Virus record (IMG/VR): IMGVR_UViG_3300033153_008203
Span: 64,001-128,000 of that record
DNA from: a virus
Length of the DNA stretch: 64,000 nt
Reading direction: 5' to 3' (one strand)
Shown: piece by piece, positions 31,598 through 40,350 of the stretch
Numbering within the stretch: the first letter of the stretch is position 1
Layout: each line of letters starts with the position of its first letter
Notes under the pieces: model-generated
Databases searched by the model: none
The model's input: the letters and a program-made list of their open reading frames with translations, nothing else
What the model was told of the DNA's origin: nothing
Translations under genes and position numbers: made by a program

Positions 31598-34500
31598 CCT
31601 TCCTTAACAGCGTTCTCGAATCCAACCTGCAATGAATCCCTTGTTATATCAAGATCTATTATGTTTTGCGGGTCCTTCTTTAGAAACTTATCTACAGTAA
31701 TATTAACGTCTTCGACCCCGTAACTAGCTAAGATATCATGTAAAGCTGCTCTCATATCACCTGCTGACATATCACCTTCCATATGTGTGACCTGCTCGAT
31801 TGCATCTTCATCTATGTATGGTTTGTATGGAAGAGTCTTTTCTCTTGACTCCCAAAGATTAAAGTCATGCACATCTTTTCCTTCATTCTTTACCACAACA
31901 AACTTAATATCCTCTAAGTCTGTCTGTGGATGAAACCCTACGAAATCATTCCTAGGCAATGGATGACTTTTAAAGTAGTCTTCCAGCAATCTCTCACGTT
32001 GAAAATCTGCATAGCTCATTGCTATATCTTCTGAGACATCATCTTCATAGTTTTTATAGGCAGCCATAGCAGACGGATCAACTGCTTGACCTTCAGATAT
32101 TCTTCGCCTATGAAGCTCCTCAAGCATCTCATGTTGTTCAGTAGAGAGACTTCCTTTTATTTTTCTCTCAGCAAACAGCTGATTCATCATGTCAAGATTC
32201 CACCTAGCTTGAACCAAATGACGCTCATGCTTCGGCAACATGTCCATTATGAGCTCTCTCTCTGATTCTGTAGATGCACGTGCAAATGCATCGAAATAAG
32301 GCTTGTCTCTCTTTTGCATCGCAAGCAATCCGTTAAGAGGATTTCCATATGGATCAGCTCCAAATGCTGTCCTACGTCTTATCTTTTCGTACTCTTCAGC
32401 AGTCTCTGTATCACCTTGTGTAAGCGCCAGATTCTTAAGTCTTGTAAACTTAACATACTTTAGTTTGTCAAAGTATTCTTCTATCTCGTTTCTTTCTTTT
32501 ATGTGTTGAGGTAGCTCTCTCACACCTGCATACTTATATCCTGCATAATGAAGCATTGGCCTCAAGAAGTTCTCCCATGGCCTATCCCAAAATGCAGCAG
32601 ATGTTCCGTATGCCTCTGCAGCAGCATACTCTTCTACAGCAGTCCTTGTCTTAGTACCAAGAAACTTATGGAACGGAGAAAAAGGAGTCAGATATTCTGA
32701 CGGATCATCAATAGCACGAATTCCAGTTTCCCAATATGCTCCAACTAGTTGCTCGAATGGATTATACGCAATCTGACCTGTTAGTTGTCCTGCAGACGCT
32801 TTATCATATTCAGCAAGCTCTGCTTCAAGCAGCATCCTATTTAGATTAACTCCTTCTCCAGTCCTGACTACAGCTCTTATTTCTGGCTTATCTGATTTTG
32901 TTTTAGAGTACTGCCTTAATATATCTCCAGACATCTCTATCTCTACCTGAGTTCCAGCAGCTACACCAAGACCTGCAAGCTCTCGTGATGCTCTCATTCT
33001 CCTTTGATTAGCCCTGATTCCTGCTTCTTGTTGTGTAAGCTCGTTGTTTTCTTTTATGGCCATTCTAGAGAATGCTGATTGGCTTGTCTTTAGTCCTGCC
33101 ATGGCTATTGTGACACCAGGCATTTCTTCTATCTCAAACTTGCCAGGCTCTATCATCTTGGAAATAGTGACAGTTCTTGTCTCAGTTTCACGATCTATAA
33201 ACTGCTTCTGTTCTCTGAATTCTTTAAATATTTTTTTCTGTTGCAACTGATCCTGAATCGTCTGATAAAGCTGCTCATCTCTTTCATTAAGAGTTCCTTG
33301 TTTACGCAGGCCTTGAACCATTTGCTTATAGAATTTAGTCTGAGGAGAATAAGGAGACACATCAGAAAGAATCTTATATCTCCACATTAGTGAATAGTTT
33401 TTTGGATCTATTCCCTCAAGCTCAGGATAAAGAGCTTCCATTCCTCTTCCCGGTAAGCGTAACTCTCCCTCTAGTATTTTGCCAAATGCAAAACCATGTT
33501 GAAAGTCAGGAGAAGGCTGGCCAGGTCCAGGCAACCATCCTGGCATTGTATTTTTTATTGGATTAAATAAATCTATGCCTCTACGTCTATGCGGATATAA
33601 ACGTCTGAACAGCTCTGTTGAGAGCGCTCCACCACCAATTTGGAGGTCCCAGTAGGCTCTCTCTATTCCAGTGGCTCTACTGGCAGATTCTAGCCTCTCA
33701 TACTGATCATAGAACTCCTCAGTACCGGTTAACATGCCTTTTGCTACAGTTAAACTATAGCCAGGTAGACCGAACATTTCTGTGAGCCTATAAGCCTGTT
33801 CACCAAATGCTTGTGTAGGACTGTATGGGTCTACAGGTATTCCTCTAGGAATCTCTCCAAGATCATATGCTGGTGTCTCACCAAATGGTCTAGGCAACCT
33901 TTTAACTTCCATCTGCCCAGGTCCATATCCATATCCTTCTAGCTCTCCTTTCATCTGTCCAATAGGAATAGACATCTGTCCTGGATCAGCTATACCTGGA
34001 CCAAATCCTGCTGGTCCAAACGATGGTCCAACTTGTCTCATCCATTCTTCGGTATGCATCAGCTTGGAAGGCTTAATTACCTGTCCAATTGTTGCTGCAA
34101 GCATTGGCCCAATGAAAGGAACATCTTCAAATGCTGGAGCTGTTACTGGAAACGGGAACTCATAATAATGTTCTTTCTCCCACTTGTATGGATCCATTAA
34201 GTATCCAATAGGATTATATATTGGATCAGATAAGATCTTCTGTCCTTCACTTCCATATAGGGCTTTAACTTTTCCCCGCGATAAATAAGACGGAATGAAG
34301 TGCTTACGGAAATACTGTATGCGCCCGCCTTCATAAGGAGAATTGTGAACAAGAAATTCTCCTGCCACAAACAAATGATCTTCATCGTCTATCTCAAAAT
34401 CATAAACTATATCATCATAATTATATGTCTCAACCTTTCTAATAACCGAAAACAGTCTTCCATCATAGATTTGCATAGATCTATTAGAACAGTTATTCTT

Positions 34501-36957
34501 AGTATAAAATCTTAATCTCCATTTTCCTTTAAAGTCATTCTCTTCTTTTGGGCCTATCCCACATAGCATACCTAAGTTAAGAGCCATTAGCCGCACATCT
34601 TCAAGCAAGTGTTTTCTAGAAGAGCTTATAATCATAGCAAACTTATCAAGATGCCCATCTCCTCTCCAATATCCTTCAATCAAGTCTTTCTTAAATGCAT
34701 CTGGAGCATCTAAGAATATTCTTGGAATACACTTGTCATTAAGCTTATGATCATTATCATAGAATAATCCATAAAAAAGCTTTGCTAAAATACTACTGCA
34801 TATTCTGACTATCCATGCACCTTCTATAGCTTTAGTAAAATTAGTCCTATGTTTAAAGGCAGGAGTTATATTAAAATATTTTTCACAAATCTCTACTATA
34901 TCATCAACTATCCATTTCTCTGACACAGCATGTACAGTTTCTATAAACTGTGGAACTTTACCATCTCTAAAAGAAAGATTTCCTTCTGCTAAAAAATACC
35001 CAAATAGTCTTCCTATATCAGCATTTAAGACTATATCACTAGAGATAGAATGTTTTCCACTCCTTTGGTAGTTTTTTGTATGCCAATTCTTTTGAGCAGA
35101 GTAAATTTTACCGTATTGCTCTATAATAGGAAAATCTATAAAATCAGCAGCACTTATAGTCTCAACACTGTTTTTAAGTTTTCTAAAAGGAGTCTCTACA
35201 AAGTCTCCATATTTAATATTCCTAGCTTCTTCCTCTATCAATTCTCCTTTTCTAATGATTGGCACAATATGATTCCCTGTCAGGTCGGTAGTATTGTCTC
35301 TATCGAATGCAGAAGAAAAGCTATACATAGTTTCATTTGCATCTCTAGTATAGATGTCTATGACTTTGACTTTTCTATATCCTCTTCCAACTAAGATATC
35401 CCCTACTTTGATATCTTCTGCACTAATGCTATGGTCCATGAAAAGCTTGCAAGTAGTTGATTTCATTAAACATCTTCCGGCCTCCCACCAGCGACCTTTT
35501 CTTATTGCAACTTCTTTTTCACCAGAGTATATCGCTGCAAGCTCTTCCGATGTCTCAGTACCTGCTATTGCTCCAGGAAAGAACGGTGCTGCAAATGCTA
35601 ATCCAAGAAGTCCACCTGTTCTCCTCAATGCACTAGAAAGATTTCTTTGTTTAAATCCTAGCTTCTTACCTATTCCAAAGAACGTATTATAGTTCTTTTC
35701 CTTAAACTTATTGGCAGCTATCAACGCAGCTTCAGCAGCGCCAACTCCTGGCCTCATTGCTTCACGTGCAGTATAGGCAAGTCTGGCTCCATATGCACCG
35801 AAGCCAAGCATTGCTCCTTTAAGTGGGAATGCAGATAAACCTAGTAAGCTTGTAGATCCTGGTGCTATCTCTTCCTGACGAGTTGCATACTCTTGCATGC
35901 CAGTGGCTTCCATAAGCTTGGCTTTCATGATCTTTGCTTGAGCATAACCACCAAGCACTGTTCCGCTTATCATGTTACCAGTTGCATAGTCAGCTAATTG
36001 AAATCCTTTCCATAGTGCTACAGCCGGCAACACTCTTCTTGTAAGGTAACGTCCTATAGTCTGATGTGCTACACCAGGCTTTATCTCTGGAAACACCTTG
36101 TTAAACGCTTTTGCTGCTAAAGAGCCTTGTACTTTTGGCCCAACTTTTGATTTTATTTTGTCAGCCAGATCACGCATTACTGGCAGCTCTGCTATCTCTG
36201 TAGGTGAAACTCTGAGAATCCTGTTGGTCATCTCAGTTGCACTTGTAAAGCCAAACCTAGCATAAGCGTGTGCTATATTTCTTCCACCTATAGGCAAGAA
36301 CTCTTTAGTTGAGAACTTGAGATCGTCTGCACCTATTGCTCTGACATAGTTTTTAAAAAATTCCGCCTGACCAAGTTCCCTATATGTTCTGAGCTTACTA
36401 GCTCTACCAAGTACTGTAGCGCCTAGTCCTTGTTTTTTAGAAACGTCTGCACCAATCCTAAGCTTACCTTCACTGAGGACAAGACCTCTTGACAAGATGT
36501 CGTCTTTATGCTTAGTAAATACATCTTTACCTAGAAGCTTTCCAAGATACTTCTGTCTACTTGGGTCGTCCCAGAATTGGCCTCTCCATGTTGTTTGACC
36601 AGATGCAACTCTTTCTAGTGGACTAAGTGCTTCACTTACTCTAAACGTAGATAGGATTTGTGCAGGTGATGCCCGTTCAACGAATTTGGCTGCACCTATA
36701 TATTTGTCCCATACCCTATCTTTCAGTGAGTATGCGACTCCTTTTTGTCCTGGTAATGGTATCGCTCCTGCTGCAAATACTGCTGCACCAACCATGCCTG
36801 CAGCTGCAAGTATAGATCTCTGTTCTCCTTCTGAGACAACAGGACGCTGAGGACCAGCTGCCCACATTGTGGGTTCAGTTGCAGGTGTACGATAATCTGT
36901 TTGAGTAACAGAAGTATTTTGATTTATTGGGAATCCAGGTATATCAGGTCTTGACAT
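31588..36957 (-). CDS. Tape-measure-like / ejection protein, intein-containing (about 1412 aa after splicing)
   Basis: 1789 aa in the tape-measure position, directly after the tail chaperones. Several Gly/Ala hydrophobic segments in the N-terminal third, intein at aa 496-872, SNase-like segment near the C-terminus. Confidence 0.65.
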   Translation of the reverse strand: MSRPDIPGFPINQNTSVTQTDYRTPATEPTMWAAGPQRPVVSEGEQRSILAAAGMVGAAVFAAGAIPLPGQKGVAYSLKDRVWDKYIGAAKFVERASPAQILSTFRVSEALSPLERVASGQTTWRGQFWDDPSRQKYLGKLLGKDVFTKHKDDILSRGLVLSEGKLRIGADVSKKQGLGATVLGRASKLRTYRELGQAEFFKNYVRAIGADDLKFSTKEFLPIGGRNIAHAYARFGFTSATEMTNRILRVSPTEIAELPVMRDLADKIKSKVGPKVQGSLAAKAFNKVFPEIKPGVAHQTIGRYLTRRVLPAVALWKGFQLADYATGNMISGTVLGGYAQAKIMKAKLMEATGMQEYATRQEEIAPGSTSLLGLSAFPLKGAMLGFGAYGARLAYTAREAMRPGVGAAEAALIAANKFKEKNYNTFFGIGKKLGFKQRNLSSALRRTGGLLGLAFAAPFFPGAIAGTETSEELAAIYSGEKEVAIRKGRWWEAGRCLMKSTTCKLFMDHSISAEDIKVGDILVGRGYRKVKVIDIYTRDANETMYSFSSAFDRDNTTDLTGNHIVPIIRKGELIEEEARNIKYGDFVETPFRKLKNSVETISAADFIDFPIIEQYGKIYSAQKNWHTKNYQRSGKHSISSDIVLNADIGRLFGYFLAEGNLSFRDGKVPQFIETVHAVSEKWIVDDIVEICEKYFNITPAFKHRTNFTKAIEGAWIVRICSSILAKLFYGLFYDNDHKLNDKCIPRIFLDAPDAFKKDLIEGYWRGDGHLDKFAMIISSSRKHLLEDVRLMALNLGMLCGIGPKEENDFKGKWRLRFYTKNNCSNRSMQIYDGRLFSVIRKVETYNYDDIVYDFEIDDEDHLFVAGEFLVHNSPYEGGRIQYFRKHFIPSYLSRGKVKALYGSEGQKILSDPIYNPIGYLMDPYKWEKEHYYEFPFPVTAPAFEDVPFIGPMLAATIGQVIKPSKLMHTEEWMRQVGPSFGPAGFGPGIADPGQMSIPIGQMKGELEGYGYGPGQMEVKRLPRPFGETPAYDLGEIPRGIPVDPYSPTQAFGEQAYRLTEMFGLPGYSLTVAKGMLTGTEEFYDQYERLESASRATGIERAYWDLQIGGGALSTELFRRLYPHRRRGIDLFNPIKNTMPGWLPGPGQPSPDFQHGFAFGKILEGELRLPGRGMEALYPELEGIDPKNYSLMWRYKILSDVSPYSPQTKFYKQMVQGLRKQGTLNERDEQLYQTIQDQLQQKKIFKEFREQKQFIDRETETRTVTISKMIEPGKFEIEEMPGVTIAMAGLKTSQSAFSRMAIKENNELTQQEAGIRANQRRMRASRELAGLGVAAGTQVEIEMSGDILRQYSKTKSDKPEIRAVVRTGEGVNLNRMLLEAELAEYDKASAGQLTGQIAYNPFEQLVGAYWETGIRAIDDPSEYLTPFSPFHKFLGTKTRTAVEEYAAAEAYGTSAAFWDRPWENFLRPMLHYAGYKYAGVRELPQHIKERNEIEEYFDKLKYVKFTRLKNLALTQGDTETAEEYEKIRRRTAFGADPYGNPLNGLLAMQKRDKPYFDAFARASTESERELIMDMLPKHERHLVQARWNLDMMNQLFAERKIKGSLSTEQHEMLEELHRRRISEGQAVDPSAMAAYKNYEDDVSEDIAMSYADFQRERLLEDYFKSHPLPRNDFVGFHPQTDLEDIKFVVVKNEGKDVHDFNLWESREKTLPYKPYIDEDAIEQVTHMEGDMSAGDMRAALHDILASYGVEDVNITVDKFLKKDPQNIIDLDITRDSLQVGFENAVKEGWI
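34342..35472 (-). mobile_element. Intein with LAGLIDADG homing endonuclease (377 aa) in the tape-measure-like gene
   Basis: N-terminal Cys (GR|CLMKSTT), block B (LTGNHIVP), LAGLIDADG motifs LFGYFLAEG and LIEGYWRGDG, block F (VYDFEI), C-terminal HN|S. DNA is visibly more AT-rich than the flanks. Confidence 0.93.
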
Positions 36958-36964
36958 AATTCAC

Positions 36965-37010
36965 AAAAAAATAAGGGGAGAAAACAACTACTTAGTCATG
37001 TTTCTCCCCA
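36965..37010 (-). terminator. Intrinsic terminator between the tail chaperones and the tape-measure-like gene
   Basis: Minus strand GGGGAGAAACA-loop-TGTTTTCTCCCC followed by TTATTTTTTT. Confidence 0.75.
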
Positions 37011-37017
37011 GGTTTAA

Positions 37018-37632
37018 TTACTGAGCTCTTCTTCTATTCATGTTCCAGTCTCCTGGAGGAGGTCCTAAATCGCTTTTTGCAAGCTCTTTATTTGCTCTAC
37101 CAAAGTCTATTGGTCCAGCTTTTATTTTCTTTGTAGATTTACCACTTATTTGTAATGGCTCACCAAGTATGCCTTGAGAAATCAAGATGCTCTCTGCTAA
37201 TGCAAGCTTCTCAGAGACATCATCCCAGCTCATACTGTCTATATCGTCTGGCGTATATCCAGGAAATGCTTGACATATTAGAGCTGTTATTTGATTTGTT
37301 ATTGATCCAACAAGCTCTCTTTTTTCCTCTAGCTTTTCATCTATACTCTCAATGCTTTGTGGACCAGACTCATGTAGTATGAGACCAGCTACTGTAAGAA
37401 TATCTCCTGCATAAAACAAGTCTATTGCTCCTGTATATATGTCATCTAATACACAGTCTTTAAAGATCTTTTCTTCTATATGATAAGAAGGAATCCCGCC
37501 AGATTGGAGCGTACTGGTATACGATAAATATTCATTCCACGTAAGCAGTCGATATACTATCTCATGGCCAGCAGGAGAACTGTATTTGAATATGCGTTTA
37601 TATTTGCATTTTGCATCTAAATACTGGTTCAT
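37018..37632 (-). CDS. Tail assembly chaperone (second paralog)
   Basis: YRLLTWNEY...IFKDCVL parallels WRPITWQDY...LLYKCVL in the upstream gene. C-terminal 'YTPDDIDSMSW' is typical of GT-type chaperone extensions. Directly precedes the tape measure. Confidence 0.6.
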   Translation of the reverse strand: MNQYLDAKCKYKRIFKYSSPAGHEIVYRLLTWNEYLSYTSTLQSGGIPSYHIEEKIFKDCVLDDIYTGAIDLFYAGDILTVAGLILHESGPQSIESIDEKLEEKRELVGSITNQITALICQAFPGYTPDDIDSMSWDDVSEKLALAESILISQGILGEPLQISGKSTKKIKAGPIDFGRANKELAKSDLGPPPGDWNMNRRRAQ

Positions 37633-37638
37633 TATCCA

Positions 37639-38088
37639 TTACAGGTCTATAACCAGATTCATTGCTACCTGTGGCGGGATAAAGTTTGATCCCTCCATTA
37701 TCTGTTGTGACAGAGTAGGAATTGTTCCGCCTTTTAATGTTGGTATATTTTCAGGCATAATCTTAGGCCAAAGAACACACTTATATAATAGTTGCTCATC
37801 AAAGAAGTTTGGATTTTGCGGATTCTCTGCTGCAGACTGTTGCAACATCTTATAGTCTTGCCAAGTAATTGGCCTCCATAAGAATGCTTCTTTCTCGGAA
37901 AACATAGACATTTTTACTTCATATGTAGTTTTCCAATGAGTCACTTGTTCTTGTGTTGGAGCGTTTGGGATGCTTGCAAGAATTGCATATGGATCAGGCG
38001 CCCCATCTTCCTCTAGTTCTGCTTCTAGTGCTGGTGCTTCTGTTTCTGGTGTTACTTCTTGTTCTGTCTCTTTGTTAGTATTTGGCAT
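37639..38088 (-). CDS. Tail assembly chaperone
   Basis: 149 aa between the tube genes and the tape measure. 'WRPITWQDY...CVLWP...GGTIPTLSQQIMEGSNF' pattern; strong AGGAGG SD. Confidence 0.65.
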   Translation of the reverse strand: MPNTNKETEQEVTPETEAPALEAELEEDGAPDPYAILASIPNAPTQEQVTHWKTTYEVKMSMFSEKEAFLWRPITWQDYKMLQQSAAENPQNPNFFDEQLLYKCVLWPKIMPENIPTLKGGTIPTLSQQIMEGSNFIPPQVAMNLVIDL

Positions 38089-38116
38089 TTACTTCCTCCT
38101 TTAAAGGGTTTAACTT

Positions 38117-38146
38117 ATTATATCATATTTTATTATTTTAAAACCC
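38117..38146 (-). promoter_or_regulatory. Putative promoter (extended -10 TGATATAAT) for the chaperone genes
   Basis: GGGTTT-N14-ATGATATAAT in the intergenic gap, upstream of an AGGAGG SD. Confidence 0.45.
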
Positions 38147-38147
38147 C

Positions 38148-38897
38148 TTATATAACATCTCTTGCAATGAAAGTGTATGCCTCCTGAATAGGTTCTCCAC
38201 TTACTTCAACTAATTGAGACTGCCCTACAAGTTCAACCTGCCTTATTCTCCTAGCAGTGTGGTTTGATGATGCGTCATCTAGATTTCCAAACGTAAGAAA
38301 TATATCAAAATTATCCATTAAATCTGGTCTACGCAATCCTTCTTCAAATGGACCTCTTGCTGCAGTGCTACCTCCTGGTCCCCATATCGCATCTTCAAAC
38401 TTTTCAGCAATATTTTCAAACTGAGAATCTGGAAGGCTAGACAGATCTGACAAGTCTTTCATTGTCTCTGGCGTTACTCCCTTTTGTATTAGAGTCTCTA
38501 TGTTTGCTTTAACTATTGGACTAGTTGAGGTTATCTTGTCTGCCTCATAATCTGGAGAAGAAGGAATAGGACTTTTTGATATACTATTTCTTACAATATG
38601 ATCTAATACTATGTGCAGATAACCAGCTTCTTTAAAGTTGATTGTAAAATTACCAGTAACAATAGTTGTACCTTTTGCTACAAAATCCCAATGATGAGAT
38701 GCATAGCCATATATTGGTCTCTTCTGTTGTTCCATTCTATACTGTATAGATGTTATTTCGTCTATTAATATGTCGCCGATATATAAGGATACATTAGCAC
38801 CGGAAAAATGATCGTAGTCGTATTGTTGTTGACCAGGAACCATTCCTTGATTACTTGGTTTAGATCCATATTCTCTACTTGGTAATTTAGGTGGCAT
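38148..38897 (-). CDS. Tail tube-like paralog (probable tube initiator, gp48/gp54-like)
   Basis: FSGANV...IQYRMEQQKRPIYGY...AKGTTIVTGNFTINF aligns with the tube protein (FSGVDI...ISYSVTREKAPIY...RGKRGIAGSLIF). Confidence 0.65.
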   Translation of the reverse strand: MPPKLPSREYGSKPSNQGMVPGQQQYDYDHFSGANVSLYIGDILIDEITSIQYRMEQQKRPIYGYASHHWDFVAKGTTIVTGNFTINFKEAGYLHIVLDHIVRNSISKSPIPSSPDYEADKITSTSPIVKANIETLIQKGVTPETMKDLSDLSSLPDSQFENIAEKFEDAIWGPGGSTAARGPFEEGLRRPDLMDNFDIFLTFGNLDDASSNHTARRIRQVELVGQSQLVEVSGEPIQEAYTFIARDVI

Positions 38898-39622
38898 TAG
38901 AATTTAAGTCCCCCTTTTAAATAATTTTTCATTCTTTCTTCTGAGCTTTTTTTCATCATAAGATCGCTTGCTGAAAGAGCCATATCTGTTTGAAGTCTCT
39001 TAGATGTATCTGTATCTGGAAGCATAGGTCTAATATCTTGTGCTATGTATTGCACTACATTTTCTGTGAAGAAGTCCTCTATAGACATTGTAATACCTTC
39101 AGATATTATCTCAACCCCGTATATTACTAGTGAAGATGCGGCTCCATATTCGTTTGCAAAAGTTACAGTTACATCGAATCTTGGAAGCTGATCTATGAGA
39201 GGCGTAGACAAATCGCTACTTGTATCAGGAGCTATCCTTTTCATAAGATCATACAAGACTTGCTTATTGAACATCGTAAAGATCATAGTTCCACTTATTG
39301 TACGTGGGCCTCTTGTAAAACCTTTTGGATATCCCATTCCTATTGTTCTTACAGGATATTTTTCCCGATAAATAGAATAAGAAAGCGTCTGTATGTCTCC
39401 TAGGACTAGTGGCTTACTAGAGTGTTCAGTGTCATTCTCTTGTCCTGTTCCTTTTTCTTCACCTGCTTTATTAATAGGCAAGAAGTCTATTGGGATATGA
39501 ACAATAGCTTTGATGTCTGCTCCACTATACACGTCGTATCCTGATGGAGCGTCTATGTCTTGCTGTAAGCTAGTCGCATATGCAGCAGATGAGATATTAT
39601 TATTAGTATTTGCCATTGTCAC
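38897..39622 (-). CDS. Tail tube-like paralog (probable tube initiator)
   Basis: YSGADI...QTLSYSIYREKYPV...RGPRTISGTMIFTMF...DQLPRFDVTVTFANEYG is clearly homologous to the adjacent tube gene. Start may be ATG 39616. Confidence 0.7.
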   Translation of the reverse strand: MTMANTNNNISSAAYATSLQQDIDAPSGYDVYSGADIKAIVHIPIDFLPINKAGEEKGTGQENDTEHSSKPLVLGDIQTLSYSIYREKYPVRTIGMGYPKGFTRGPRTISGTMIFTMFNKQVLYDLMKRIAPDTSSDLSTPLIDQLPRFDVTVTFANEYGAASSLVIYGVEIISEGITMSIEDFFTENVVQYIAQDIRPMLPDTDTSKRLQTDMALSASDLMMKKSSEERMKNYLKGGLKF

Positions 39623-39626
39623 CTAC

Positions 39627-39663
39627 AAAAAAATAGCGGCCAGCCAATAAAGGCATGGCCGCT
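39627..39663 (-). terminator. Intrinsic terminator after the major tail tube gene
   Basis: Minus strand AGCGGCCATGCC-TTTATT-GGCTGGCCGCT followed by ATTTTTTT. Confidence 0.8.
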
Positions 39664-39693
39664 TTATAATTTAGATTAATTGATACGATTATA

Positions 39694-40332
39694 TTATACT
39701 GGATCCCCTACGTTAGCAACAGGATTCTGTACAGTCCAAGGAGCTATACCACGGCACACATAAGTGTACTGTTGTTCTGAGACTATGTCATCAATGCTGA
39801 CTCCATATCCTTCGTTAAGGATTTCAACGCCATAGATTCTCATAACTGAAACTGCACCATATTCGTTAGCTGCACTTAATGTTACATCGAAAGGCAACAT
39901 TTGATCTGTGTACCAAGGTTTATCAGCTGCTTTCTGTGCACCTGATGTAGGGACACCTATCAGTTCGCCTTCTTGTACGTTGGTAAGCTGGGTTATTCCA
40001 GCAAGAGTCGTTGCTCCACCAATGCTTGATCCTGTTGGCTCATTCAATGAAGAAAAACCTGGAGGTCTTGGGTCATTTTTCTCGGCTGCAAACTTGAACC
40101 CACCCATCTCGTCAAGCAATGCATTCCTATCAAACATTGTGAATATTAGTGATCCTGCTATGCCTCTTTTACCTCTAGAAAAAGCTCTTGGATCAGGTGA
40201 GCCCATCGTATAAATAGGGGCCTTTTCTCTTGTAACAGAGTAACTTATGCCTTGCAAGGCGCCAATTACTTGGCTACCAAACACAGCAGTTATGTCTACT
40301 CCGCTAAAAGAGTTATATGCCTGTTCTGCCAT
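39694..40332 (-). CDS. Major tail tube protein
   Basis: 212 aa directly after the sheath and followed by a terminator, which fits a high-copy product. Strong AGGAGG SD; beta-rich tube-like pattern. Confidence 0.75.
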   Translation of the reverse strand: MAEQAYNSFSGVDITAVFGSQVIGALQGISYSVTREKAPIYTMGSPDPRAFSRGKRGIAGSLIFTMFDRNALLDEMGGFKFAAEKNDPRPPGFSSLNEPTGSSIGGATTLAGITQLTNVQEGELIGVPTSGAQKAADKPWYTDQMLPFDVTLSAANEYGAVSVMRIYGVEILNEGYGVSIDDIVSEQQYTYVCRGIAPWTVQNPVANVGDPV

Positions 40333-40350
40333 TTTAAATTTCCTCCTTTA

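Noticed and set aside
34197-34385. Small minus-strand alternative-frame ORFs (also 45794-45991, 46949-47386, 55807-56118)
   Set aside because: Fully nested out of frame in well-supported genes, with no motifs.
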